A stretch of DNA of 64,000 nucleotides from Bacillus sp. (in: firmicutes) (GTDB lineage Bacteria > Bacillota > Bacilli > Bacillales > Bacillaceae_J), in NCBI GenBank assembly GCA_012842745.1, contig DUSF01000004.1, positions 12,818 to 76,817 of the forward strand, read 5' to 3'. The notes beneath the pieces were generated by a model. That model did not search any database. It worked only from the letters and a program-made list of their open reading frames with translations, and was not told the origin of the DNA. Positions 19,846-27,992 of this stretch are shown here, in pieces. The translations under genes were made by a program, and so were the position numbers. The first letter of the stretch is position 1. Every line of letters starts with the position of its first letter.

Positions 19846-20665
19846 GACTAATCCCTCGTTTTAGCATTCTATTTGAAATAAAGATTGGTATGAAAACCCA
19901 CAGAATCGCCGTTATGGCAAAGACAATTTGACCAATATTGCCTTCGCTCCAAACAGTCAAATCATACAAATGTGGTCCAAATATGGAGCCGCTATCCATT
20001 GAAATGATTGTCCAAACACGAACTAATTCGACTGGATTTAGGAGAATCGAAGCTGTGAACATTCCTAGGATTGCTTGTTTGCTTATAACCATTGCCAAGC
20101 CCATAACTATAAATTCATAAAATAAAACTGACACCGCCCACAAAATTAAACTCATACCTAAGGCTTGAAAACGAGTTGCAGACAGTACACCAATTAGCAT
20201 TGCTAAACCGAGAAATAACATCATTAGTAACATTGTAAATCCATAAAATAACAAGAAAAATTGCAACGAAATACTTGCCTTGCTTATAAAAAGAATCAAT
20301 CCTGCTGCACCATAACCGAACGTAACGACAGCAAACAAAGTTAATAATAAGCCAATAAATTTACCTACTAATATTCGGGAAGTCGGTATTGGATACGTAA
20401 ATAACAATGTTAAACTTCCGTCTTCTTTATCACCAGCTATTGATGTGCTGCCAATTAGCAATGTTAAAAGCGGCACTAGAAAGAGCGACAAATTTAATAA
20501 ACTTGCTGCCATTCGGTTAAAGCCATTAAAGCCTGCTTCTTCAGCACTCCCGCCAAACAAAACAATCGTAATCGCTAGCACCGTATATAGAATCGTAAAG
20601 CTGAATACCCATTTGCTTCTGGAAATTACCTTTAATTCCTGTCTAGCTATTAGAAACATTTTCAA
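19835..20665 (-). CDS. nosY: ABC-2-type permease NosY
   Basis: A ~6-TM hydrophobic protein between nosL and nosF, of the typical NosY size. Confidence 0.75.
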   Translation of the reverse strand: MKMFLIARQELKVISRSKWVFSFTILYTVLAITIVLFGGSAEEAGFNGFNRMAASLLNLSLFLVPLLTLLIGSTSIAGDKEDGSLTLLFTYPIPTSRILVGKFIGLLLTLFAVVTFGYGAAGLILFISKASISLQFFLLFYGFTMLLMMLFLGLAMLIGVLSATRFQALGMSLILWAVSVLFYEFIVMGLAMVISKQAILGMFTASILLNPVELVRVWTIISMDSGSIFGPHLYDLTVWSEGNIGQIVFAITAILWVFIPIFISNRMLKRGISHGA

Positions 20666-20682
20666 TTGTCCTTTCTACCTGA

Positions 20683-21156
20683 TTAGTGTGCTTGCATAAC
20701 CCAATCTACTTTTTCCAAGCCATTATAGTCTAGCACCTCACCTTTTCCCTCTTGTTCAATATACTCCTCGGCTTGTTCTTTTGTGGAAAATGAAACTACC
20801 CCATAGGCCATTGGCGTCCAAAATTCTGGATGATAAGCATGATAGGCTTGTTCAAACGGCACCCATTTCATCGTTTCGTAATCTCTTACATATGTTGCGC
20901 CAATATCTTTATTCTTTCCTTCACCTTCTAAATATTTAATCATGCATCCGATATCATCATACATATGAACCGTTCCATCACGTTCAATTAATTGTGTTGC
21001 AAAATCAGTATGGGCAATTGACATATTGCATACTTCACAGGCATCAATGTCTGGATTTACCTCCCTCGGCTCAAAAGCGGTTTTGTTGCCACACGCACTC
21101 ATTATTAAAACAAGTACTACTACTATCATTGAATAGAATCCATTTCGAATTTTCAT
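20683..21156 (-). CDS. nosL: Copper chaperone lipoprotein NosL
   Basis: Lipobox LIMSACG. NosL core CEVCNMSI...DDIGCMIKYL...YVRDYETMKWVP. Its start overlaps the nosD stop (TAATG). Confidence 0.85.
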   Translation of the reverse strand: MKIRNGFYSMIVVVLVLIMSACGNKTAFEPREVNPDIDACEVCNMSIAHTDFATQLIERDGTVHMYDDIGCMIKYLEGEGKNKDIGATYVRDYETMKWVPFEQAYHAYHPEFWTPMAYGVVSFSTKEQAEEYIEQEGKGEVLDYNGLEKVDWVMQAH

Positions 21157-22526
21157 TATGAAACCCTCCCGCGATAAAAAATATAAACTGCTAAACTAAT
21201 CATCATTATTCCAATGAAAGCTGCCAGCCAATTGCGCTGTACGATATGAGCTTCTTGTAAATCAGCTTTATATTGTACCGGTTGCACGTAGGGAAAGCGG
21301 TCCATCCCTTTATCACCAGAAAGGGATGGAAATATCTTTTCAATTGATGACCAAAGTTTAATCGTTGGACTTTCAAAAAAGAATTGTAGTGTTGGGTGTT
21401 CTTCTACTAATTTATCAAACAGCTTTCCTGACTCATAAGGAATATCGCCAATCCCATCTCCATCTAAATCCATCCCGCTATAGTCATCCCAATAGTTACC
21501 TTGGCCATTTAAATCCATTGGCTCTACACTAGTAAAAATTTTCGTTTGAACTATATTTCCGATAAAATTATTGTTGACCATTGTGTTCCGTTCATTTTTA
21601 TCCTTTAAATCTAAGCCGACATAATTACCCGCAAATATATTGCCTTCAATTTTACAATCACGAGCATCTTGTAAGCTTAAACCTGTATTATTAAAAGTCA
21701 CACGATTATTAATTAATTCAATCTTGTCAGAGTCAAAGATAAGTACGCCATGACCACGGTAATCTAAATTTTCGGTAATAGTATTTCCTGTTATTTGAAA
21801 ATCCTCAGCATCCATAATCATGAGACCAGTAATATTTTTCGTTGATACATTCTCGGTCAACAAGCCTTTTTTGGCATACATAACATGGTATCCGTATCTC
21901 GACCCTTCAACATAGTTTTCTTTTAACGTACTATCCTTTGCAAAATCAAAATAAATACCGTCCTGCACTTGTTGAATGTGATTTCCTTGAAGCAAAGTAT
22001 CTTCTGCATAAAATAAATGAACACCATTACCTCTAGCAGAAAAATGTCCATCATAACCGGTAATTTCATTATTTACTAGTCGATTTTGCTGTCCTTTGTG
22101 CACATAAATTCCGTAATGGACTTCTTTAATAATATTGTTTTCGATAAGATTATTGGAGGACTCTACCCATATTCCGGCTATGGTATCATTTTTGCCGCTT
22201 TTTTCAATTATAAAATTGTCAATTGTTACGTTGTCCGCTTTTACTTCAATGACATGACCTTTTCCATCCCCAGCAATAATGGCATCTTCCTCACCTTTTA
22301 ATTGAATCGATTTATCAATAATAAGCTTGCCATTATACTGTCCTTTTTCAACGAAAATGATTGCACCTTCGTCTGCATCATTGATTGCCTCTTGTATACT
22401 TGATCCTGGTTTTACAGTTATTTGTGCTCTTTCCACGTTAGATGTCAGCTTCTCCGCTTTAACATTAGGATTAATTACAATTACAAGTCCAATTATTGAG
22501 AAAAATAATAATACAACTCTTAGCAT
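21156..22526 (-). CDS. nosD: NosD, parallel beta-helix copper-site maturation protein, with C-terminal TM anchor
   Basis: Many N-x-I/V-x-x-N beta-helix repeats (NNIIKE, NNEITG, GNHIQQ, ENYVEG, GNTITEN, NNRVTFN, GNIFAGN, NNNFIGN). It has a signal peptide and a C-terminal helix WLAAFIGIMMISLAVYIFY. Start moved to Met7. Confidence 0.85.
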   Translation of the reverse strand: MLRVVLLFFSIIGLVIVINPNVKAEKLTSNVERAQITVKPGSSIQEAINDADEGAIIFVEKGQYNGKLIIDKSIQLKGEEDAIIAGDGKGHVIEVKADNVTIDNFIIEKSGKNDTIAGIWVESSNNLIENNIIKEVHYGIYVHKGQQNRLVNNEITGYDGHFSARGNGVHLFYAEDTLLQGNHIQQVQDGIYFDFAKDSTLKENYVEGSRYGYHVMYAKKGLLTENVSTKNITGLMIMDAEDFQITGNTITENLDYRGHGVLIFDSDKIELINNRVTFNNTGLSLQDARDCKIEGNIFAGNYVGLDLKDKNERNTMVNNNFIGNIVQTKIFTSVEPMDLNGQGNYWDDYSGMDLDGDGIGDIPYESGKLFDKLVEEHPTLQFFFESPTIKLWSSIEKIFPSLSGDKGMDRFPYVQPVQYKADLQEAHIVQRNWLAAFIGIMMISLAVYIFYRGRVS

Positions 22527-22640
22527 AAATTTTATCACCACCAATCCTCTACTACTTTACATCATATCTAGTAATTGTGAAGAAACAGAAAAGAAAATTT
22601 GAACAAAAAAAGAACTCCCCTACATTGGTTTGTTCTTCTT

Positions 22641-22904
22641 TCATACTGCAAAAGGACCTGCTTCTTTTAACAACAGCATTCTTCTCGCTATTTTCTGGCA
22701 CTCTGTTATCGGAATTGATTTTTCAAAAGAAAATTCATAAATAAACTGAATCCGTTTTGCTAAATATTTATGATCATTTATTTCATGAACGGCTTGAATA
22801 ATATCAATCGCTTCTACATCATAAGCATCTGGTCCGAGACCAAATGGGTCCCAGTTATTAATTACTTCTTTTAATTTTTCATTCAAATTCTTTGACCCTT
22901 CCAT
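22641..22904 (-). CDS. yugE: Small cytosolic protein, DUF1871/YugE-like
   Basis: 87 aa at the yugE position of the conserved block, with WDPFGLGPDAYDVEAIDI. The family assignment is from memory and is moderate. Confidence 0.5.
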   Translation of the reverse strand: MEGSKNLNEKLKEVINNWDPFGLGPDAYDVEAIDIIQAVHEINDHKYLAKRIQFIYEFSFEKSIPITECQKIARRMLLLKEAGPFAV

Positions 22905-23108
22905 TCAAACCACCTTATTTTTTAAAAATAAATTCCGTATTTTTATTTTACGCCCATATTACTGCTTAGACACATTGGTTTTCTTACAGATTTACGACAA
23001 TATTTAGGTGAATTTATGAACTTTTTTGGAACAGCTACAATGATATGTATATTTTTGAACAAAAAAAGAGCAATCATAATAATGAAAGCTCTCTTACAAT
23101 AGAAATCA

Positions 23109-23858
23109 TTATTCCTTCACAATAATCTCGTTAATCATCACTGGTTCAAGCGGTGCATTTGTCGTAGAGTTCACTTTAACACTAGCAATTTCATCCACAA
23201 CATCCATACCTTCGATTACTTGTCCAAAAACTGTATGTTTACCGTCAAGCCAAGGTGTTCCCCCAACTTCTTTGTATTTTTCAATAATACTTTCAGAGAA
23301 ACCAGCTTGTTTCATTCGTTCTATTAATTCATCATCAACAGTGTTCGCTTGAACAATAAAAAATTGGCTCCCATTTGTGTTTGGTCCCCCATTAGCCATT
23401 GATAGAGCACCACGGAAGTTCGCTAATTGTGGTGAAAACTCATCTTCAAAAGATTCTTCCCAAATGCTTTCTCCACCAGTGCCATCTCCATTTGGATCTC
23501 CACCTTGGATCATGAAATCATTGATCACACGGTGAAATATTAAACCGTTGTAATAGCCATTTTTGCTATGGGTAATAAAGTTTTCTACCGCTTTAGGTGC
23601 CTGCTCTGGGAATAATTTAATAACAATATCGCCCATCGTTGTTTTTATTGTTACGACCGGCTCACCTTCGTTGACAGGTTCAAATTGCGGCAAATTCGGA
23701 ATTTCATCTGTTTTTTCATTCGTATTTTCTTCCGTATTCGTTTCATTCATAGCTGCTTTATTGTCAGATGCCGTATTCTTATTTCCTTGGTTGCTGCCAC
23801 ATGCACTAATAATTGCAATCATAACTACTAGCATTGTATAAAATAATACTTTTTTCAT
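23109..23858 (-). CDS. Cyclophilin-type peptidyl-prolyl isomerase lipoprotein
   Basis: Lipobox IISACG and a low-complexity linker. Cyclophilin motifs [15 protein letters not shown] and [19 protein letters not shown]. Confidence 0.9.
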   Translation of the reverse strand: MKKVLFYTMLVVMIAIISACGSNQGNKNTASDNKAAMNETNTEENTNEKTDEIPNLPQFEPVNEGEPVVTIKTTMGDIVIKLFPEQAPKAVENFITHSKNGYYNGLIFHRVINDFMIQGGDPNGDGTGGESIWEESFEDEFSPQLANFRGALSMANGGPNTNGSQFFIVQANTVDDELIERMKQAGFSESIIEKYKEVGGTPWLDGKHTVFGQVIEGMDVVDEIASVKVNSTTNAPLEPVMINEIIVKE

Positions 23859-23951
23859 TCAATTTCCACCTTTCATTTTTAGTTTCCACTTTCTATATGA
23901 TAAGATTTTAGCATAGGTCTGTCAAAAGTTCTTAGCAAGGAGTGGCACGAA

Positions 23952-24335
23952 ATGTCGGAAAATTATCAAATTGGACAAATTGTATCGGGGATTTATAAAA
24001 CTGGAAAATATATCGGAGAAATTACGGCAATTAAGCCGCAGCACATCACAATTCGAGTAAAAGCTGTCCTGAAGCACCCACTGCAAGGGGATTTACATGC
24101 TCCAAAACAAGCAGATGTTTTGTTTTTTCATGAACGGCGTGCACTAGCATTGAACGAGCAAACGAATATCCCAAAAACACAAGTGAAACCATACACGGAA
24201 CTTGTACCGGATTATTTTGAATCATTACGAAAGGTCGTCAACGAAGAAATAGAGGGGTTGGAAAAAACAAATGATTCTTGGGCTAATGAATCTCTGAAAA
24301 TTTTTAAAAGTCTTGAGAAGGATTACTTTAAATAA
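23952..24335 (+). CDS. kapB: Kinase-associated protein B
   Basis: 127 aa. The N-terminal SH3-like segment GQIVSGIYKTGKYIGEITAIKPQHITIRVKAVLKHPLQGDLH matches KapB. Confidence 0.8.
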   Translation: MSENYQIGQIVSGIYKTGKYIGEITAIKPQHITIRVKAVLKHPLQGDLHAPKQADVLFFHERRALALNEQTNIPKTQVKPYTELVPDYFESLRKVVNEEIEGLEKTNDSWANESLKIFKSLEKDYFK

Positions 24336-24413
24336 CTAGAATAACAAGTAGCTTGCATTCCAAAAATCCCGCAACTATGCATGAACTTGAAATGCAAGTG
24401 CGGGATTTTGAAT

Positions 24414-25541
24414 TTACTTTATAGTAATTGCAACCATCGTTACATCATCATCAAATCGGCCAGCCGTAGTAGTTGTTTTCCTTAACACGGTTTCTAGCAA
24501 TTGAGTGCTATCTAAATCTGTTACGCTGACAACTAACTCCTTCAGCTTTTCAATATTACTAGAAGTATTCAAGCCAAATGAATCTGTTAAACCATCAGTG
24601 TATAGGAAAAGTTGACTCCTTCCTTGAATCGGAATCGTCCCCGTTTCGATGACAAGCTCTGGCAACAAGCCAATCGGTGGACAGCCAACATCTAAATAAT
24701 CCACTTTTCCACCTGCATGAATAAGAAACCCAGGTGGGTGGCCTGCAGATGCATACTCCATGAATTTTTCCTTAACATCAATTAAAATGTAAATGGCAGT
24801 AAAAAAGTAGGAATGTTCCATTTCACTGTTTCGGTACAAGAGCCGCATATGCTCATTTAATTCCATAAACAAATTTTCCGGTTTCATAAGGGTTGTAATA
24901 ATCCCCCGAAGCAATGAGCGAATGGACATACCAACCAAGGACGATGCAACACCATGACCCATAATATCTAACACAATCACACCGTACTTATTTTCATCTA
25001 TCTTATACCAAGCATACATGTCCCCAGCTAATTCAGCACTAGGTAAATATGCTCCATCAATATGAATTGTTTCATTTTTTATCGATTTACTAAGTACACT
25101 TTTTTGTAACTGCCGTGCTAATTCCAAGTCCGATGCTAATTTGCGCTCCGCTTCTTTTATTTTTGTAATATCACTTATAATAGCACAGTAGCTAATAGGC
25201 ATTTCATTTGAATCCTTAATCGTAGCAATCGTAGTTCGCTGGTAGTAGAGGTCACCGTTTTTTCTCCGATTTATAAATTCACCCTGCCACTGTCCACTTT
25301 TTTCAAGTGATTCCCATATTCCTTTATAAAATTCTAACGGATGTTTGCCTGATTTTAAAATTCTTGGGTTATTACCAATCGCTTCCTCAGCTTGATAGCC
25401 AGTAATTTTTTCGAACGACTCATTAACAAGTTGAATCGTTCCACTTAAATCTGTTACAAAAATACCCTCTAGTGAAAATTTAAATACTTTTGCTGCGAGC
25501 TGCTCTTCTACTATCTTCGAGAGACTAGTCATCTTGATCAC
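24414..25541 (-). CDS. PAS-domain PP2C (SpoIIE-type) serine phosphatase, RsbP/RsbU-like
   Basis: N-terminal PAS (GIFVTDLSGTIQLVNESFEKITGY...DITKIKEAE). PP2C motifs AGDMY...VLDIMGHGVASS...LYTDGL...DDVT. It overlaps the upstream STAS gene by 17 nt (8 nt if ATG 25532 is the start). Confidence 0.85.
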   Translation of the reverse strand: MIKMTSLSKIVEEQLAAKVFKFSLEGIFVTDLSGTIQLVNESFEKITGYQAEEAIGNNPRILKSGKHPLEFYKGIWESLEKSGQWQGEFINRRKNGDLYYQRTTIATIKDSNEMPISYCAIISDITKIKEAERKLASDLELARQLQKSVLSKSIKNETIHIDGAYLPSAELAGDMYAWYKIDENKYGVIVLDIMGHGVASSLVGMSIRSLLRGIITTLMKPENLFMELNEHMRLLYRNSEMEHSYFFTAIYILIDVKEKFMEYASAGHPPGFLIHAGGKVDYLDVGCPPIGLLPELVIETGTIPIQGRSQLFLYTDGLTDSFGLNTSSNIEKLKELVVSVTDLDSTQLLETVLRKTTTTAGRFDDDVTMVAITIK

Positions 25542-25869
25542 GCTTCAAGTATCGCAAGCCTTCTTCTTTTGTATCAAAAATTTTAATAAAGGTGCCGAAC
25601 TTGACAATATTAAATATTTCTCTAACAGATTGCTGTGTTGCCACAACAACTAGTTCCTTTTGATTTTTTCTAGCAGTCATTACTGAATCAGCGATTACAC
25701 CTAGTGCCCCACTGTTTAAGTATTGAACTCCTTTTAGATGCAATAATAATCTGCCAGAATCTGAATGAATCAAGTCTTTCATCGCATCTCTAAAGCTAGC
25801 AACGTTTTTTAATGTTACATCCTCCTCCCAATTTAATAGAATTGCTTGTTTACTGGAAGTAAAGATCAT
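25525..25869 (-). CDS. STAS-domain anti-sigma-antagonist-like protein (Ser at the phospho-site)
   Basis: 114 aa. LKGVQYLNSGALGVI aligns with SpoIIAA/RsbV ...MDS(S/T)GLGV. Ser53 falls at the phosphorylatable position. Confidence 0.8.
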   Translation of the reverse strand: MIFTSSKQAILLNWEEDVTLKNVASFRDAMKDLIHSDSGRLLLHLKGVQYLNSGALGVIADSVMTARKNQKELVVVATQQSVREIFNIVKFGTFIKIFDTKEEGLRYLKRDQDD

Positions 25870-26302
25870 AAAAACCCGCCTCCTCTGGCTGTATAAAATT
25901 ATTCATATATTTTTGCATAACTAGTTTAACATACCCACCGTTTTCCTCTAAATGGACATGATCCATCAAATTTACGATTAGTTGTAAACCTCTTCCTCTA
26001 AGACTGTGATTCACCTCATTGGCAAATAAAGAAATATTATACTTTTTCCCTTTATGTTTTGTGAAAATGGTAAGAATGTTCTGTTGACTTTTATCCCAAC
26101 ATGTAAAGAAACCCGATTGATTCGTATGTTGGCAATATTCGTAGGCGTTCATACATGCCTCTTCTGTTACTAAACGTAAAAATAATCTGTCATAATGCAA
26201 AAATCCCATATGAGTAGCAATTTTATCAGTAACATCCATCGCTTGGAAAATATCATCTGCTGTTCTGACTTTCAGGCAATGCTTATCGTCATATAATTTC
26301 AT
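25850..26302 (-). CDS. RsbW/SpoIIAB-like anti-sigma-type serine kinase homolog (ATP-lid motifs look degenerate)
   Basis: 150 aa. N-box-like EEACMNAYEY and G2-like LRGRGLQLI. Where DxGxG (G1) is expected the sequence reads HKGKK. It overlaps the STAS gene by 20 nt. Confidence 0.6.
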   Translation of the reverse strand: MKLYDDKHCLKVRTADDIFQAMDVTDKIATHMGFLHYDRLFLRLVTEEACMNAYEYCQHTNQSGFFTCWDKSQQNILTIFTKHKGKKYNISLFANEVNHSLRGRGLQLIVNLMDHVHLEENGGYVKLVMQKYMNNFIQPEEAGFYDLYFQ

Positions 26303-26428
26303 GATTTTATTCTCCTTACTGAATATTTATTTGTCAACATTCTTAACTATATATTTCAAGGAAGAGACGGAAAACCCTCCCTTCCTCCTTAAATTTCATA
26401 AAAAGGACAAAACTTTTCGAAAATAGTT

Positions 26429-27976
26429 TTACATTTTGAATTTTCCAGCAAGTTGCGCAAGATTTTCGGCCATTTTCGCCAAATCATTAGCTGTTGCTGC
26501 TGTTTGTTGAACTCCAGCTGCTGTTTCCTGGGATACAGCAGCAATGCTTTCAACAGCTTGCAACACCTCACGTGATTGCGCATTTTGCTCCTCACTTGCT
26601 GCGGCGATTTCAGCTATCTTGCCAGCAGCTATTTTTACTAGATTGATAATTTCCTTGAACGCTTCGCCCGCATTCTTAGCTTTTTCATTTCCTACTTGTA
26701 CAGCATCAACTGAGGCATCCGTATTTGCTTGAATGGATTCAATCAATTCAGAAATTTCCTTCGTTGCCTTACTACTTCGCTCTGCTAATTTTCGAACCTC
26801 ATCAGCAACGACAGCAAACCCTTTACCAGCCTCACCTGCACGTGCTGCTTCTATGGCTGCATTTAATGCCAACAAGTTGGTTTGTTCCGCAATATCATCA
26901 ATAACCTCTACAATTTCACCGATTTGAACTGACTTACCTGATAAATCCGAAATTTTATTGCTAATGTCATTCATCCCGCGCAATGTATCCTTAATAACCT
27001 CATTGCCCTTTTCAGCAGATTGGACCATTGTTTCGGATGAGTTGGATGTTTCCTCCGCATTTTTTGCAACGGCAAGAATCGCATTTACCATTTCCTTGAC
27101 CATTTCCGAAGCTACACCAGCATTATTAGCCTGCATTTGGCTACCTGTTGCAATTTGTTCCGTACTAGCAGAAATTTCTTCTGTACTCGCCGCTAAATTA
27201 TTCGCACTTCCTAATACATCTCCGATTAGTCCCCGCAAAGATGATGTCATATCATTAATTGCGACTGCCAACTCACCAACTTCATCCTTTGATTTTATAA
27301 CGACTTTTTCACCTGACAAGTCGCCAGCTGCCACCTTTTTCAAACGATGAACAATTTCTAAAATTGGAGCCGAAATTTTATGAGATAGAATGAACGCAAT
27401 AATTATTCCAATCGCTACAGAAATCACGCTAATAATGATTGTAATGAGGATAATTCTATTACCTGTTTTGACTATTTGATTTTTAAGTGTCTCCATTGCT
27501 TTGACACTATTGGCAACTTCACCTTCAAAATTAGACGTTAATTCATCCGAGAGTACTCTTACATCTACAGCCTTATTTACAGCTGCCTCTGGACTTTCTT
27601 TATATAAGGAAAATAATCCATAAATAGCTTCATCCCATTGAGCGTTTTTCCCAAAAATCGCCTTTTGTGCATCAGTTATATTTAGACTTGCCAGCTTCTC
27701 CTGGGTTCCTTTATTTTGCTGGGTTAATTGATCAAATTGTGTATAATAAGCTTCATCCCCTGTTAATAAATACGCTCGAAGGATTGCTGTCCGGTTTGCG
27801 ATGCTATAATTTAAATCTCTCCAATAAGTAAGCTGCTGCAATTCGTTTCCAAGAACTTCTTCCACTTTATTTTTAAAATTACTTGTTTGGGTATAATTAT
27901 AAATAGACATAATTAATAACAATGTTAGAATAATGGCGAAGCTTCCTAAAATTTTAAATCGTAAACTTCTCATCAT
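26429..27976 (-). CDS. Methyl-accepting chemotaxis protein (4HB sensor, HAMP, signalling domain)
   Basis: [38 protein letters not shown], two TM helices and a HAMP domain ([17 protein letters not shown]...[13 protein letters not shown]). Its start is 16 nt after the cheA stop. Confidence 0.9.
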   Translation of the reverse strand: MMRSLRFKILGSFAIILTLLLIMSIYNYTQTSNFKNKVEEVLGNELQQLTYWRDLNYSIANRTAILRAYLLTGDEAYYTQFDQLTQQNKGTQEKLASLNITDAQKAIFGKNAQWDEAIYGLFSLYKESPEAAVNKAVDVRVLSDELTSNFEGEVANSVKAMETLKNQIVKTGNRIILITIIISVISVAIGIIIAFILSHKISAPILEIVHRLKKVAAGDLSGEKVVIKSKDEVGELAVAINDMTSSLRGLIGDVLGSANNLAASTEEISASTEQIATGSQMQANNAGVASEMVKEMVNAILAVAKNAEETSNSSETMVQSAEKGNEVIKDTLRGMNDISNKISDLSGKSVQIGEIVEVIDDIAEQTNLLALNAAIEAARAGEAGKGFAVVADEVRKLAERSSKATKEISELIESIQANTDASVDAVQVGNEKAKNAGEAFKEIINLVKIAAGKIAEIAAASEEQNAQSREVLQAVESIAAVSQETAAGVQQTAATANDLAKMAENLAQLAGKFKM

Positions 27977-27992
27977 AAGTCCCCCTCATAAT

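Noticed and set aside
22590-22640. A hairpin (AAGAAC...GTTCTT) downstream of the yugE-like gene as a terminator, plus a TGTGA half-site upstream of nosD as an Fnr box.
   Set aside because: The stem is only 6 bp with a 16-nt loop. The TGTGA has no matching TCACA half-site at N6.
23016-23102. A 28-codon plus-strand ORF (MNFFGTATMICIFLNKKRAIIIMKALLQ) after AGGTGA.
   Set aside because: The SD-to-ATG spacing is only about 4 nt. The ORF runs into the 3' end and terminator region of the convergent PPIase gene, and there is no promoter or independent support. It cannot be excluded without conservation data.
26544-27350. Plus-strand ORFs of 60 to 130 aa inside the MCP gene. Similar antisense ORFs occur in nosZ, cheA, ribD/ribE (34867-35358), lipA (57765-58160) and elsewhere.
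   Set aside because: Each lies wholly within a strongly supported gene on the other strand. They have low-complexity Ser/Ala/Ile-rich translations and lack SD sequences, so they are typical shadow ORFs.
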